Below are positions 1-11,082 of a stretch of 64,000 nt of DNA, piece by piece. Within the stretch, counting starts at the first letter, position 1; each line of letters begins with the position of its first letter. The translations under genes and the position numbers were made by a program. The notes beneath the pieces are model-generated. The model was not told the DNA's origin. It made no database searches and saw only the letters and a program-made list of their open reading frames with translations. This DNA comes from Oscillospiraceae bacterium (lineage in GTDB: Bacteria > Bacillota > Clostridia > Oscillospirales > Ruminococcaceae): assembly GCA_017547245.1 (NCBI GenBank), contig JAFYQD010000001.1, forward strand, positions 56,174 through 120,173. Reading direction: 5' to 3'.

Positions 1-654
1 GCCAACGGCGGCGGCATAGCGCTCGGCACGGTCGATTACATCCTGGTCGGCACCGGCCAAAACACAGCCCATAACGGCGCTTGCACGGATAAGAGCACCG
101 GTTTTCAGGCGGTCAAGAGTCTGCAGCAGTTCATAGGGAATCTGCTTGCCTTCGTTTTCCAGGTCAATAACCTGTCCGCCCACCATGCCGTTGGCGCCTG
201 CGGCATGAGCCAAAACAGAAGCGGCGTCCAAAACACGCTTTGCAGGCAGATTGCCGGTGTTTTTGCTGTCAAGCATGGTTTCAAAAGCCAGAGTGAGCAG
301 TCCATCCCCTGCCAGCAGTGCATTGGCTTCGCCAAAGGCAACGTGGCAGGAAGGCTTGCCTCTTCTCATATCGTCATTGTCCATACAGGGCAGGTCGTCG
401 TGAATGAGAGAATAGGCATGAATCATTTCGATTGCAGCTGCAAAAGGAATGGCATCGGCAGGGTTGCCGCCGCAAAGCTCACAGAAAGCCATGGTCATAA
501 TGGCACGGATTCTTTTGCCGCCTGCCATAAGGCTGTATCCCATAGCCTCGTATACCGTCTTTTGCTCGGCATCACCCTGGGGCAAAAAGCCAGGCAGAGC
601 ATCGTTGACCTGTTGCAGATAGTTGTTGAATTTTGGCTTAAAATTTTCAGTCAT
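1..654 (-). CDS. ispA: Farnesyl/geranyl diphosphate synthase (polyprenyl synthetase family); 3' end cut by the window edge
   Basis: Absent from the ORF track because it runs off the window. ATG at 654..652. Minus-strand translation of 361..420 reads HAYSLIHDDLPCMDNDDMRR, the first Asp-rich motif. Sits directly downstream of xseA-xseB, as in many Firmicutes. Confidence 0.85.
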   Translation of the reverse strand, partial: MTENFKPKFNNYLQQVNDALPGFLPQGDAEQKTVYEAMGYSLMAGGKRIRAIMTMAFCELCGGNPADAIPFAAAIEMIHAYSLIHDDLPCMDNDDMRRGKPSCHVAFGEANALLAGDGLLTLAFETMLDSKNTGNLPAKRVLDAASVLAHAAGANGMVGGQVIDLENEGKQIPYELLQTLDRLKTGALIRASAVMGCVLAGADQDVIDRAERYAAAVG

Positions 655-661
655 ATCGGAT

Positions 662-877
662 TTACTCCACTTCATCCTGAATTTTGTTCAGCGATTCGGA
701 AAGAACCTCAATTTTCTGTTGTGCTGCATCCAGAACCTCGCCGCACTCTTTTACAAGGATTACACCTTCTTCAAACAGTTTCATTGAGGTTTCAAGGGTT
801 ATGTTGGGGTTTTCCAGCTCGGCAATGATCTCACGAAGACGTGTGACCGATTTTTCGTAGTCTATGTTTTTACTCAT
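662..877 (-). CDS. xseB: Exodeoxyribonuclease VII small subunit
   Basis: 71 aa helical protein (LREIIAELENPNITLETSMKLFEEG). 4-nt overlap with xseA upstream. Confidence 0.9.
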   Translation of the reverse strand: MSKNIDYEKSVTRLREIIAELENPNITLETSMKLFEEGVILVKECGEVLDAAQQKIEVLSESLNKIQDEVE

Positions 878-2100
878 ATCTGTTCTCCTGAAAGATCTTC
901 ACACTGTGTAACCACAGATTTGATTCTTCCGTCAGAAAGGCGTGTGATAATTTCCTGCCCGGGAGATATACCCTGAACAGAACACAAGGCAGTCGTGTCG
1001 TGCAAAGATGTTATGCTGTATCCTCTTGAAAGAATCTCTAAAGGATTGCGGCTGCTCAAAGTCTTTCTGTCCATTTCTAACATGGCTTTGCGCCGTTCCA
1101 GCTGGCGTTCCATAGCCACCTCTAATAATTTTACCAAATGAGTATAGCTTTGTCTATTTTCTTTCAGCACTTTTTGGGGATTTAATGCATAAATTTGTGA
1201 TTTTTTTTGCATTATTTCTTGTTTATGCATTTCCAAATGGATATTTATCCCTCTTTGCAGGTCAAATGCAGCATCGGAAAGAAACATCATTTCGGTTTCA
1301 CGGTTGGGAACAGCAAGCTCGGCAGCGGCAGAGGGTGTGGCTGCACGAAGGTCGGCGCACAAATCACATAAAGTGTAATCCCGTTCATGACCAACAGCAG
1401 AAATAACCGGAGTTGTGCATCCAAATACCGTGCGTGCCAGTTCTTCACTGTTAAACTCCCAAAGGTCTTCGGTAGAACCGCCGCCGCGTCCGATAATAAT
1501 TACATCACAGCAGGCCGCTTCGTCCAGCCTGCGCAGGGCGGCTGCCATTTCGTGTGCGGCCCCTCTTCCCTGCACCGGTGCGGGAGAAAGAATGATTTTT
1601 GCCATGGGCCAGCGGCGTGCCAGAACCGATGTGATGTCGGTGTAGGCGGCAGCCTGGGGCGATGTTACAACGCCTATTGTTTTGGGGAAAGACGGCACCT
1701 GTTTTTTGTATGCTGCATCAAAAAGACCTTCGGCCTCAAGCTTGGCCTGCAGCTGCTGAACAGCAAGATAAACAGCTCCCAAGCCGTCCGGCTGAAGGTC
1801 ATAACAGGTCAGCTGAAAACCTCCGTCCCGCTCATATAACGTTGCGCTGCCCCGGGCAATGATTCGCATACCTGTTTGCGGAGTAAAAATAAGATCCTCT
1901 GCATTGCGGCGGAACATAACACAGCGAACCGAAGCATTTTCGTCTTTCAGGGTAAAATAGCAGTGTCCGCTGATATGGTTGCGGGTAAATGCAGAAATCT
2001 CTCCGCGTACATATATTTCTTTAAGCTGGGGCTGGCCTTCCAACAGGCTTTTCACATAAAAGTTCAGTTGGGAAACACCAAGAATCTGAAACATAGCCAC
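874..2100 (-). CDS. xseA: Exodeoxyribonuclease VII large subunit
   Basis: 408 aa. N-terminal OB-fold signature (YVRGEISAFTRNHISGHCYFTLKDENASVRCVMFR), catalytic core and C-terminal coiled region. Confidence 0.92.
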   Translation of the reverse strand: MAMFQILGVSQLNFYVKSLLEGQPQLKEIYVRGEISAFTRNHISGHCYFTLKDENASVRCVMFRRNAEDLIFTPQTGMRIIARGSATLYERDGGFQLTCYDLQPDGLGAVYLAVQQLQAKLEAEGLFDAAYKKQVPSFPKTIGVVTSPQAAAYTDITSVLARRWPMAKIILSPAPVQGRGAAHEMAAALRRLDEAACCDVIIIGRGGGSTEDLWEFNSEELARTVFGCTTPVISAVGHERDYTLCDLCADLRAATPSAAAELAVPNRETEMMFLSDAAFDLQRGINIHLEMHKQEIMQKKSQIYALNPQKVLKENRQSYTHLVKLLEVAMERQLERRKAMLEMDRKTLSSRNPLEILSRGYSITSLHDTTALCSVQGISPGQEIITRLSDGRIKSVVTQCEDLSGEQI

Positions 2101-2123
2101 GAAAGACCGCCCTCCTTTTTTGT

Positions 2124-3062
2124 TTACTGATGAGAAATAGAACCGAGTACAGCTGCTCCGCAGGCATTATCGGAAGAAAATTCCGCCTGACCAAACAACA
2201 CATTTTCCCGTTTGGAAAGACGTTCCCGAAGAAGTGTGTTGGACATGACGCCGCCGCAGAACAGTACAGGGAGATTTGGATGCTGTTCAAGGGCGTAGTC
2301 AACCATCCCTTCCAGCGTTTTTCCAATGTAATCAAGACAGCATAGTGCAATTTTTGAAGGCTCTTCGCCCTTGTCCATCATTTTTTTGCAGATGTTTTCG
2401 ATACCGGAAAGGCAGCAATTCCCTTCTTTCAGCACAGGCTTGTGCGGGAACCGACAGGGTTCTGCCTCCAAAGAAAGCGCATCCAACGCCTTGCCGGCAG
2501 GAAAAGAAAGCCCGAGCATAACACCTACACGGTCAACCGCCTGCCCTGCCTTAAGGTCAAGGGACGAGGCCAACTGTGTAATGGTAATCACCTTTTCATC
2601 ATGCGGCTGAACGTAAAGCAGGTCGGTGGTTCCGCCGGATACGTGAAAAGCCAGAAACTCCTGTCCGGCAAGATCAAGCCGATTGATGGAAGCCAATGCA
2701 GCCATAACATGTCCTGCCTGATGGGAAAAAGTATAGACAGGAACATTGAGTACAGCGCCAAGGCTTCTTGCCATGTTTTCGCCTACCAGGAAACAAGGCA
2801 TATAGGAATCCTCGGCATCACGTGGAGAAACCGAAACACCGATTGCATCGATTTTAACTTCAGGACAAGCCAAAAAAAGCTCCTCCATCAGAGGAGCCAT
2901 TTGGCGGGTGTGAAAAAATACGGCATCACTTTGACGAAGACCGATTGTCCCCTCTTTCACCGGCAGAAGTTTGCGCCGATGGATCAGCCGATTTTCGGTA
3001 CTGTTATACAACGCCACCGATGTGGTGTAGTTGCTTGTATCCAATCCTAGAAAGTAAGCCAT
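2124..3062 (-). CDS. TsaD/Kae1-like (peptidase M22 / ASKHA-fold) paralogue, function unclear
   Basis: 312 aa. N-terminus FLGLDTSNYTTSVAL resembles the TsaD/TsaB phosphate-1 motif. SHQAGH matches the TsaD HxxxH metal motif. Shorter than and divergent from canonical TsaD. The nusB stop codon directly abuts its start codon. Confidence 0.6.
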   Translation of the reverse strand: MAYFLGLDTSNYTTSVALYNSTENRLIHRRKLLPVKEGTIGLRQSDAVFFHTRQMAPLMEELFLACPEVKIDAIGVSVSPRDAEDSYMPCFLVGENMARSLGAVLNVPVYTFSHQAGHVMAALASINRLDLAGQEFLAFHVSGGTTDLLYVQPHDEKVITITQLASSLDLKAGQAVDRVGVMLGLSFPAGKALDALSLEAEPCRFPHKPVLKEGNCCLSGIENICKKMMDKGEEPSKIALCCLDYIGKTLEGMVDYALEQHPNLPVLFCGGVMSNTLLRERLSKRENVLFGQAEFSSDNACGAAVLGSISHQ

Positions 3063-3479
3063 TTATTCAGCCTCTTTGTTTCCGCGGCTGCGTGCAAATG
3101 CGCCCAAAACACCATTGACAAAGGGAGCATCGTCATCGCCGCCGTATTTCTTAGCCAGTTCAACAGCTTCGTTGATAGAAACGCTGACCGGAACATCTTC
3201 TTCTTCCTGCAGAATTTCGGCCACAGCCATACGCAGCAGAGCACGGGAAACTCTGGAAAGACGTTCAACCTTCCATTTGGTAGAGAAGGAGGAGATCAGT
3301 TCGTCCAAATCGTGACGGTTGCCCGCAACATTAAAGGCCAGCTGTGCGGCATAGGGGTCAACTTCCAGGTCACGGCACTGGTTTGCCTGATCAATGATAT
3401 CGGTCATGCTGGAGTTTTGAAAATCCATTTCAAAAATGAGGCAAAATGCCTGTTCTCTTGCTTCACGTCTTGTAGTCAT
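3063..3479 (-). CDS. nusB: Transcription antitermination factor NusB
   Basis: 138 aa. REQAFCLIFEMDF and ALLRMAVAEIL motifs typical of NusB. Confidence 0.92.
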   Translation of the reverse strand: MTTRREAREQAFCLIFEMDFQNSSMTDIIDQANQCRDLEVDPYAAQLAFNVAGNRHDLDELISSFSTKWKVERLSRVSRALLRMAVAEILQEEEDVPVSVSINEAVELAKKYGGDDDAPFVNGVLGAFARSRGNKEAE

Positions 3480-3500
3480 AATTCCTCCTGGTTTGTCTCA

Positions 3501-3545
3501 AAAAAACATATAAAAAACGCACCCTCACCAATATGGAGAGGGTGT
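3501..3545 (-). terminator. Rho-independent terminator after the asp23-like gene
   Basis: Minus-strand stem CACCCTC / GAGGGTG (3538..3544 with 3520..3526), followed by a T-run (CGTTTTTTATATGTTTTTTT). Confidence 0.6.
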
Positions 3546-3557
3546 ATTGTTTTCAGG

Positions 3558-3923
3558 TCATGCTTCGGCAGAGGCTTCAGCGAAAACTACGCCGGCCACA
3601 TGCAGATTTACTTTTGTTACGGTTACACCGGTCATGTTCTGTACAGCATCCTTAACAGCCTTTTGTACCTTGGCGGCTACTTCAGGGATTTTTGCACCAT
3701 TTTCCAGAGTAAGATTGATGTCGATATAAGCAACATCATCGTTCAGTTCAACAGCAACAGGCATCGAAGAACGAGCCTTCAGAATCCAGCCGCTGGTGAT
3801 GCCGGAAGTAAAGGGTGCCAAACCGGCAACGCCTTCAATTTCGGTGGCGGTGCAGCCGGCAATGGTGGCAATAACATCCCGGGAGATCTTCAGGCTGCCG
3901 GTAGAATTGGTCATAACTTCCAT
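3558..3923 (-). CDS. Asp23/Gls24 family alkaline-shock envelope stress protein
   Basis: MEVMTNSTGSLKISRDVIATIAGCTATEIEGVAGLA is a typical Asp23 N-terminus. I chose the start at 3923 (AAAAGGAGGAACCATC-ATG) instead of the longer TTG-initiated ORF. Confidence 0.85.
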   Translation of the reverse strand: MEVMTNSTGSLKISRDVIATIAGCTATEIEGVAGLAPFTSGITSGWILKARSSMPVAVELNDDVAYIDINLTLENGAKIPEVAAKVQKAVKDAVQNMTGVTVTKVNLHVAGVVFAEASAEA

Positions 3924-4062
3924 GATGGTTCCTCCTTTTGGCCCTGCGATGAATGAAAGAAAGCAAGGCGTCAAAGTAAACGGCAACATGTTAAGCTTAC
4001 CCAACAAAAATTAGTTTTAAAAGTGCAGGGCTTGGCAAACAATCGCCGTAATTTACATGGAT

Positions 4063-4090
4063 ATTATACCACATTTCAAAAACAAAACAA
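4063..4090 (-). promoter_or_regulatory. Candidate sigma-A promoter for the asp23-nusB unit
   Basis: Minus strand reads TTGTTT, 16 nt, then TGgTATAAT (extended -10). Lies just downstream of the spoIIIAH stop. Confidence 0.4.
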
Positions 4091-4094
4091 CTGT

Positions 4095-4646
4095 TTATTT
4101 TACTTCTACAATACGGATGTTTTCGGATGGAATATCAATTTCACCCAATACAACATCCTGCATTTGGACCACCTGTTCATCGCTGAGCCCGGTTTCGGCT
4201 GTTTTAACGATAATATCAACTTTTTCGGTATCATAGTACACCATGCACTCTTCAAAACCTTTGGCCTTAATCAGTGTTTCAATTTTCCCTTCGGTTTCAA
4301 TAGACTTTGCAAGCGCAGCTGCTTCCAATGCAAGTTCTGCCTTCATTTCGGTTTCAAGGTCAGCTTTGGAAAGCATGGCCGCCAGGGCTTCCACTGCCTC
4401 ATCACGCGAACGTGTACGGGAAAGCTTTGCTTCGGCAAAATAGGCTTCGCCATAGGTTTCATCCATTGCAATATTGTCGTTTTCTTCGGTTTCGTTTGAT
4501 GCTGAGGCTGCGGCTGCATCGGAAATCGGGAATTCATTCTCCCCTACCAGTGAGTACTGATAATTGAGGTAAACGGCAACCCCCAAGGCCAAAACAAGGA
4601 CAGAAAGCACAATTTGCTTCTTCCCTACAATCACATTCATTTTCAT
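4095..4646 (-). CDS. spoIIIAH: Stage III sporulation protein AH
   Basis: 183 aa with one N-terminal TM (IVLSVLVLALGVAVYL). Last gene of the eight-gene spoIIIA array. Size and position are typical. Confidence 0.8.
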   Translation of the reverse strand: MKMNVIVGKKQIVLSVLVLALGVAVYLNYQYSLVGENEFPISDAAAASASNETEENDNIAMDETYGEAYFAEAKLSRTRSRDEAVEALAAMLSKADLETEMKAELALEAAALAKSIETEGKIETLIKAKGFEECMVYYDTEKVDIIVKTAETGLSDEQVVQMQDVVLGEIDIPSENIRIVEVK

Positions 4647-4672
4647 CCCAAAACCTCCTGAACAATATACTT

Positions 4673-5230
4673 TTATCCTAATTTGGAAACTGCTACACGA
4701 TTGGAGCTTATGTTAAGTGCGGCTGTGGCTGCCTGAATCAGTTTTTCTATTACCACGGGATTGTCGCCGCCGGCACAGACAATGATTACCCCTTGAACCT
4801 GCGGAGCCATTTTGGTAGAGAGCAAGGGTTCTTCCTGACCGTTCTGTTCAACAATAACATGGGTCTGTTCGCTTTGATGGTGTGTCGTCATTTCCTGCTG
4901 TTGGTCGTTGATGGTGTGGTCAACCGCATAAACAAATTCTTCTTCCTGTCTAAGCGTTACCATTACCCTGATTTCCCCTACGCCTTCAATTGCACCCAGC
5001 ACTTCCTCAAGCCTTTGCGACAGCATGTCGGCATAGTCCAAAGCCGTTTGTTTACCGACCGGTTGTGCAAGGGCCTTGTCAGTGACTTTGGGTGCAGAAA
5101 GAAATTCAGGAAGGCAAATAAGAATAATACCAACAAACCCCAAAGCGACCAAAACTTTTATCCTATTTTTTTCATTCAGTTTTTCTTTCCAGAAAGCAAC
5201 CGTTTTTTCAAAATTTTTCCCGATGTTCAT
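4673..5230 (-). CDS. spoIIIAG: Stage III sporulation protein AG
   Basis: 185 aa with an N-terminal TM. C-terminal VQGVIIVCAGGDNPVVIEKLIQAATAALNISSNRVAV is typical of SpoIIIAG. Confidence 0.8.
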   Translation of the reverse strand: MNIGKNFEKTVAFWKEKLNEKNRIKVLVALGFVGIILICLPEFLSAPKVTDKALAQPVGKQTALDYADMLSQRLEEVLGAIEGVGEIRVMVTLRQEEEFVYAVDHTINDQQQEMTTHHQSEQTHVIVEQNGQEEPLLSTKMAPQVQGVIIVCAGGDNPVVIEKLIQAATAALNISSNRVAVSKLG

Positions 5231-5232
5231 TT

Positions 5233-5739
5233 TTAACCTTCCGCCATTGTTTGATCAGTGATGTACCCGATCCGTATTGTTGTTCCCAGCTCGTATTCCA
5301 ACAGTTTGCAGATTTCGTCATGTCTGGGGTTACTGCTTTCGGGCAGAATACATTCTATTACGATATCCTTGGCCTGAAGCTGGGTTTCAGGCTGGTCTAT
5401 ATATACTGAAATATTTGCGGTTTTTATGCCCATTTCTTCCAGCTTTGTTTTTGTCAGGTGTTTAATTTTTTCACAGGCAATATTTTTGAACATCTCTTCG
5501 GCTGTATCAGAGAATTCATATGTATGGCTGTTTTCTTTTTGTTGGCTTATTTCCAATTCTGTTTTTATAAAAGATTTATCAAAATTTTTAAGCGGAGAAA
5601 CAATTGACAGAACCATAAATGTACTTATGATTACACAAAATGTCTTTTTTACGGAAGATTCCGGCAGTATTATGCGCAGCATTCCCCCTGCCAGAGCGGC
5701 GCAACAGATTGAGAATGCCCATTGTCTAAAGTCTTGCAT
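5233..5739 (-). CDS. spoIIIAF: Stage III sporulation protein AF
   Basis: 168 aa with two N-terminal TM helices. Position between AE and AG. 1-nt overlap with spoIIIAE. Confidence 0.7.
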   Translation of the reverse strand: MQDFRQWAFSICCAALAGGMLRIILPESSVKKTFCVIISTFMVLSIVSPLKNFDKSFIKTELEISQQKENSHTYEFSDTAEEMFKNIACEKIKHLTKTKLEEMGIKTANISVYIDQPETQLQAKDIVIECILPESSNPRHDEICKLLEYELGTTIRIGYITDQTMAEG

Positions 5740-6884
5740 CAGTGAACCACCTGTCCAACCAGTAAAATCAGCGTTACAGAAACCATAAGAAGCAGCATAA
5801 AGCTAAGAAGCAATGCCAGAAGAATTCCAAGGGCGGAACCGATCGATTTGAGAAGCGACACAATACCGTCCAATCCGAACAGTTGAGCAGCAACCGACGA
5901 AAGGTTTACAGAAAAATACCATAGAATCATCTGGATTACTGTTGGCAGAAAAATGATACCTGAAGCAATTACGCCGTAGACCCCAATGCTGCTTTTTATA
6001 AGCTGAAGACAGCTTTGCGCAGTGGTAAAGGCCTCTGAAAGAGCTCCGCCAACAACGGGTACAAAGCTTCCCAGCAAAAAACGTGCTGTTCTTGTGCCGA
6101 GGTTATCCCCCACGGCCGAAACAATGGAAGAAAGAGAAAGTGTTCCTACAAAAAGGGTCATAGATAACCCAAGTGTCCAGCCCAAAACAGACTTTATTGC
6201 AGAGGCTATTCCCATAACATCTTTGCGCTGCAGAATTGACCCCACAAGACACAGCGCAAGGTAAAAACCAATCAGCGGTACAAGTGTTTCAGACGCAAAC
6301 CTTGAGGTAATCTGGCACATCCAAAACAAAAAAACATGGGTGGTTGATGCGGTGGCTGCCTGTCCGCAGGCGATAAGAACTCCGGAATAGACCGGCAAAA
6401 AAGATAAGATAAAATCAGAACAATCTGCAATAGCCGAAGAGGAAGATGCAATACATCCGATGACAGGACGAACAAAGGAGGAACATATAACCAAGGCTGA
6501 AACAACTTCCAGCATCTGCACAACACCTTTGTTTTGGTCGGCTGTTGTATGCAGTCCTTTTAAGAATGCCAAAAGAATCATTGCGCCTGAAACACGGGTA
6601 AAAGCCTTAAGCGGTTTTGCAAGTTGCTCTTTCAGCAGTTTTATTGTGTATTGAAAGATATCTTGTGGGTTCAGGTTCATTAGCCTTTGTGGGTCGATGG
6701 AATCAAGATCAAGAGCCTTGAGTTCATCCTGTACTTGTTTGGGCAGCGCCTGGATGATTTCATTTTCATCAATGCTGTTTAATAACATTTGCCGTTCATA
6801 ACTTGTCTCATCCGCAGCAAAAACAGGAAAAGAAATAGCATACATAAGAATCAAAGCCAGCGGCAATATACTCAGTTTTTTCAT
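5739..6884 (-). CDS. spoIIIAE: Stage III sporulation protein AE
   Basis: 381 aa with a signal peptide and a polytopic membrane core. Correct size and position in the operon. Confidence 0.85.
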   Translation of the reverse strand: MKKLSILPLALILMYAISFPVFAADETSYERQMLLNSIDENEIIQALPKQVQDELKALDLDSIDPQRLMNLNPQDIFQYTIKLLKEQLAKPLKAFTRVSGAMILLAFLKGLHTTADQNKGVVQMLEVVSALVICSSFVRPVIGCIASSSSAIADCSDFILSFLPVYSGVLIACGQAATASTTHVFLFWMCQITSRFASETLVPLIGFYLALCLVGSILQRKDVMGIASAIKSVLGWTLGLSMTLFVGTLSLSSIVSAVGDNLGTRTARFLLGSFVPVVGGALSEAFTTAQSCLQLIKSSIGVYGVIASGIIFLPTVIQMILWYFSVNLSSVAAQLFGLDGIVSLLKSIGSALGILLALLLSFMLLLMVSVTLILLVGQVVH

Positions 6885-6895
6885 TGTTCCTCAAA

Positions 6896-7285
6896 TCACG
6901 CATTTAGTAATTCCACCGCTATCGAAAGAAGATCGGAAAAAAGCGGCAAACCAATGATCAGTATGGTTAGTTTTCCGGCAAGCTCTACTTTGGAGGCAAT
7001 GGCGTTTTCGCCGCAGTCGCGGCATGTGTCGGATCCTATTTGACTGAGAATGCAAACCCCAAGACACTTGAATAAAATCTGAATATGTTCCTGCTCTGTT
7101 CCACCGCGCAGGAAAATCTGTTCAATAGACTCGGTGGCTTGTCCAATCATTTGAAAAGATATGGAAAGGATAATGATTCCGCAGGCAAGGGATACCATCA
7201 TTCCCATCTCTGGGCGTGTGGGACGAAGAACCACCGCCGCAGCTGCGCCTATTACTGCAATTCCAATGATTTTGTATATTTCCAT
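6896..7285 (-). CDS. spoIIIAD: Stage III sporulation protein AD
   Basis: 129 aa, four predicted TM helices, operon position. Confidence 0.8.
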   Translation of the reverse strand: MEIYKIIGIAVIGAAAAVVLRPTRPEMGMMVSLACGIIILSISFQMIGQATESIEQIFLRGGTEQEHIQILFKCLGVCILSQIGSDTCRDCGENAIASKVELAGKLTILIIGLPLFSDLLSIAVELLNA

Positions 7286-7287
7286 TC

Positions 7288-7482
7288 CTACAACCCAAAA
7301 ACAGCCTTGGCTGTTTCAAAAAGATTACTGATTTCATAAATGATCATCATCAGAACAACGATTAAACCAGCCAAAGAGGTAAGCATTGCCTGTTCTTCCC
7401 TGCCCGACCGCAGCAGCACCTGATAAAGAACCGAAACAATGATTCCAATTGCAGCTATTCGAAAAATCAAATCAACTTCCAA
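7288..7482 (-). CDS. spoIIIAC: Stage III sporulation protein AC
   Basis: 64 aa, two TM helices (IFRIAAIGIIVSVLYQVL and LAGLIVVLMMII), operon position. Confidence 0.8.
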   Translation of the reverse strand: MEVDLIFRIAAIGIIVSVLYQVLLRSGREEQAMLTSLAGLIVVLMMIIYEISNLFETAKAVFGL

Positions 7483-7502
7483 TGCCTGTCACATCCTTTT
7501 CT

Positions 7503-8006
7503 TTACCAAATCAAAATTGCAAAGGCGGTGCCGCCCAAAAAGCCAAGTGTCCGGTAAAGTTTTATATTATGTTCATAGCGGTTTTGGTGCACATCGATAA
7601 AATGCTCTGTAAGGCGCTTGCAATGGGCTATGGCAGCCAGTTGCGTTTCAACCGGAAAGTTACCCAACTGATCCGAAAGGGCCTCTAAACCGCTGAATAC
7701 CTGCTCTCCAAAGATATGTCTGTTTTTGGCTGCAGCCATGCGGAAGCAAAGACTGAACGGTGCATTTTCACGGCAGGCTGAACAGTCCTGCGCAAAGGGA
7801 AAGGTTTGAAATGCCGGCTGGTCAAACAGCCTTTTTGCCACCTGTTCCAAAGGTGCGCAGCTGTACTCCAACTCAGCGGCCAGACATTCCAGATAACTGC
7901 ACAGCCTGCTGCAATGGTTAATTTTTGTCTTTAGGTCAAGGCCGGCCGCAATGCCCAACAATCCGCTGCAGCAAATCAACAGGATGCTTCCCGCAAACCG
8001 AATCAA
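7503..8006 (-). CDS. spoIIIAB: Stage III sporulation protein AB
   Basis: About 167 aa. I place the start at TTG 8006..8004 (M/L-IRFAGSILLICC), which overlaps the spoIIIAA TGA stop. The 225-aa track ORF would overlap spoIIIAA by 178 nt. Confidence 0.75.
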   Translation of the reverse strand: MIRFAGSILLICCSGLLGIAAGLDLKTKINHCSRLCSYLECLAAELEYSCAPLEQVAKRLFDQPAFQTFPFAQDCSACRENAPFSLCFRMAAAKNRHIFGEQVFSGLEALSDQLGNFPVETQLAAIAHCKRLTEHFIDVHQNRYEHNIKLYRTLGFLGGTAFAILIW

Positions 8007-8926
8007 AGCTGATCCACCTCTCTTACCAGCGCAGGTTTTCCGGGGTTTGACAACATGGCAACCCACCGGAACGCACCGCTGCGCACCAATGGCATAAACT
8101 GTGTTTTTTTTCTTAACTGATCGAAGTTTCCTGCATGAATGCTGGTTATTGTTGTTACCCCGCTGCACAAACACGAACATACGGCATCAATTTCGTCTTT
8201 GCTGCCAAGCTCGTCGCAAACAATGTATTGAGGAGAAAGGCAGCGTATGCCCATCAAAATTCCGCGTGATTTTTCGGTTCCGCAGATAACATCACTGTTA
8301 GTGCCAAGATTGTTTGAGATGTTTTGACCATATGTACCCGAAAGCTCTCCGCGTTCATCCACAAGTACAACTTTTTTGCCTAAAACCGAAAGCTGGCGAG
8401 CCAAATCACGCAGAACGGTGGTTTTACCGCTTCCGGGAGGGCCTGCCACAAGCAGCCCTTGCCATTGTGACGATAAAACAAGCGGCACCAAATCATCGGC
8501 GCTTCCCGGAACCTCCCGTGCAACCCTGAGTGATATTGAGGTAATGTCACGCAGACCGTTTTGACCGTTTGAGCGTTTATAGCCTGTACCTGCAAGACCT
8601 GCACGATGTCCGCCGGGAACAGAAATATATCCTTGCGAGATTTCTTCTTCGTGGCTGTGTACGGCATAACCGCAAAGCTTTCGAAAGCTTTCGTTCAAAT
8701 GATCCTTGGTGATTCGGTAGCCCTTTGTATGATCCTTTGTCAAACCACATTCTTCGCAAACATAGGACACTTCACCATCCATATAAACCGAAAGCGGCTG
8801 ATTGACCCTCAAACGGATTTCTTCCACTCTTTCTTTTTGATTTAGCGGTAAGTCCAACAGCAATCTGCTGACAGGCCCCCACAGAAATTCAGCTGCCTCC
8901 TCTGTCTTTTTCCATCCGTTTTCCAT
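8003..8926 (-). CDS. spoIIIAA: Stage III sporulation protein AA (AAA+ secretion-type ATPase)
   Basis: Walker A motif GPPGSGKTT and Walker B motif VLVDE. Start placed at ATG 8926 (MENGWKK), preceded by GAAAGGATGGG. Confidence 0.85.
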   Translation of the reverse strand: MENGWKKTEEAAEFLWGPVSRLLLDLPLNQKERVEEIRLRVNQPLSVYMDGEVSYVCEECGLTKDHTKGYRITKDHLNESFRKLCGYAVHSHEEEISQGYISVPGGHRAGLAGTGYKRSNGQNGLRDITSISLRVAREVPGSADDLVPLVLSSQWQGLLVAGPPGSGKTTVLRDLARQLSVLGKKVVLVDERGELSGTYGQNISNNLGTNSDVICGTEKSRGILMGIRCLSPQYIVCDELGSKDEIDAVCSCLCSGVTTITSIHAGNFDQLRKKTQFMPLVRSGAFRWVAMLSNPGKPALVREVDQL

Positions 8927-8983
8927 TGCTTCCCATCCTTTCAAACAAAGCATATGCGGCCTGTCCTTATTTAGAACAAAACG

Positions 8984-9018
8984 CAAAAAAAGACAGACCT
9001 TAATTTCAAAGTCTGTCT
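8984..9018 (-). terminator. Rho-independent terminator after ligA
   Basis: Minus-strand stem AGACAGAC / GTCTGTCT (9011..9018 with 8991..8998), followed by TTTTTTT. Confidence 0.65.
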
Positions 9019-9045
9019 TTCGTTTGAAGGTTATTCGGTAAGCTA

Positions 9046-11040
<1,995 letters not shown>

Positions 11041-11082
11041 TCAAGGTGGTTTTCTTTTTTTATTATACCATAAAAACATACA

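Noticed and set aside
205-828. 207-aa plus-strand ORF at the left edge
   Set aside because: It lies antisense to the ispA reading frame, which carries the DDLPCMDNDDMRRG motif, and to xseB. It has no independent support.
3558-4007. Longer N-terminal extensions offered by the ORF track. This covers the asp23-like gene, spoIIIAB (7503..8180), spoIIIAA (to 8986), rnfD (to 35916), rnfG (to 34919), the DUF3343-like gene (to 31271), efp, plsX, trmFO, topA, leuS and hup.
   Set aside because: In each case an internal ATG/TTG/GTG has a proper Shine-Dalgarno sequence and gives the family-typical N-terminus. The extension would overlap the upstream gene or lacks an RBS.
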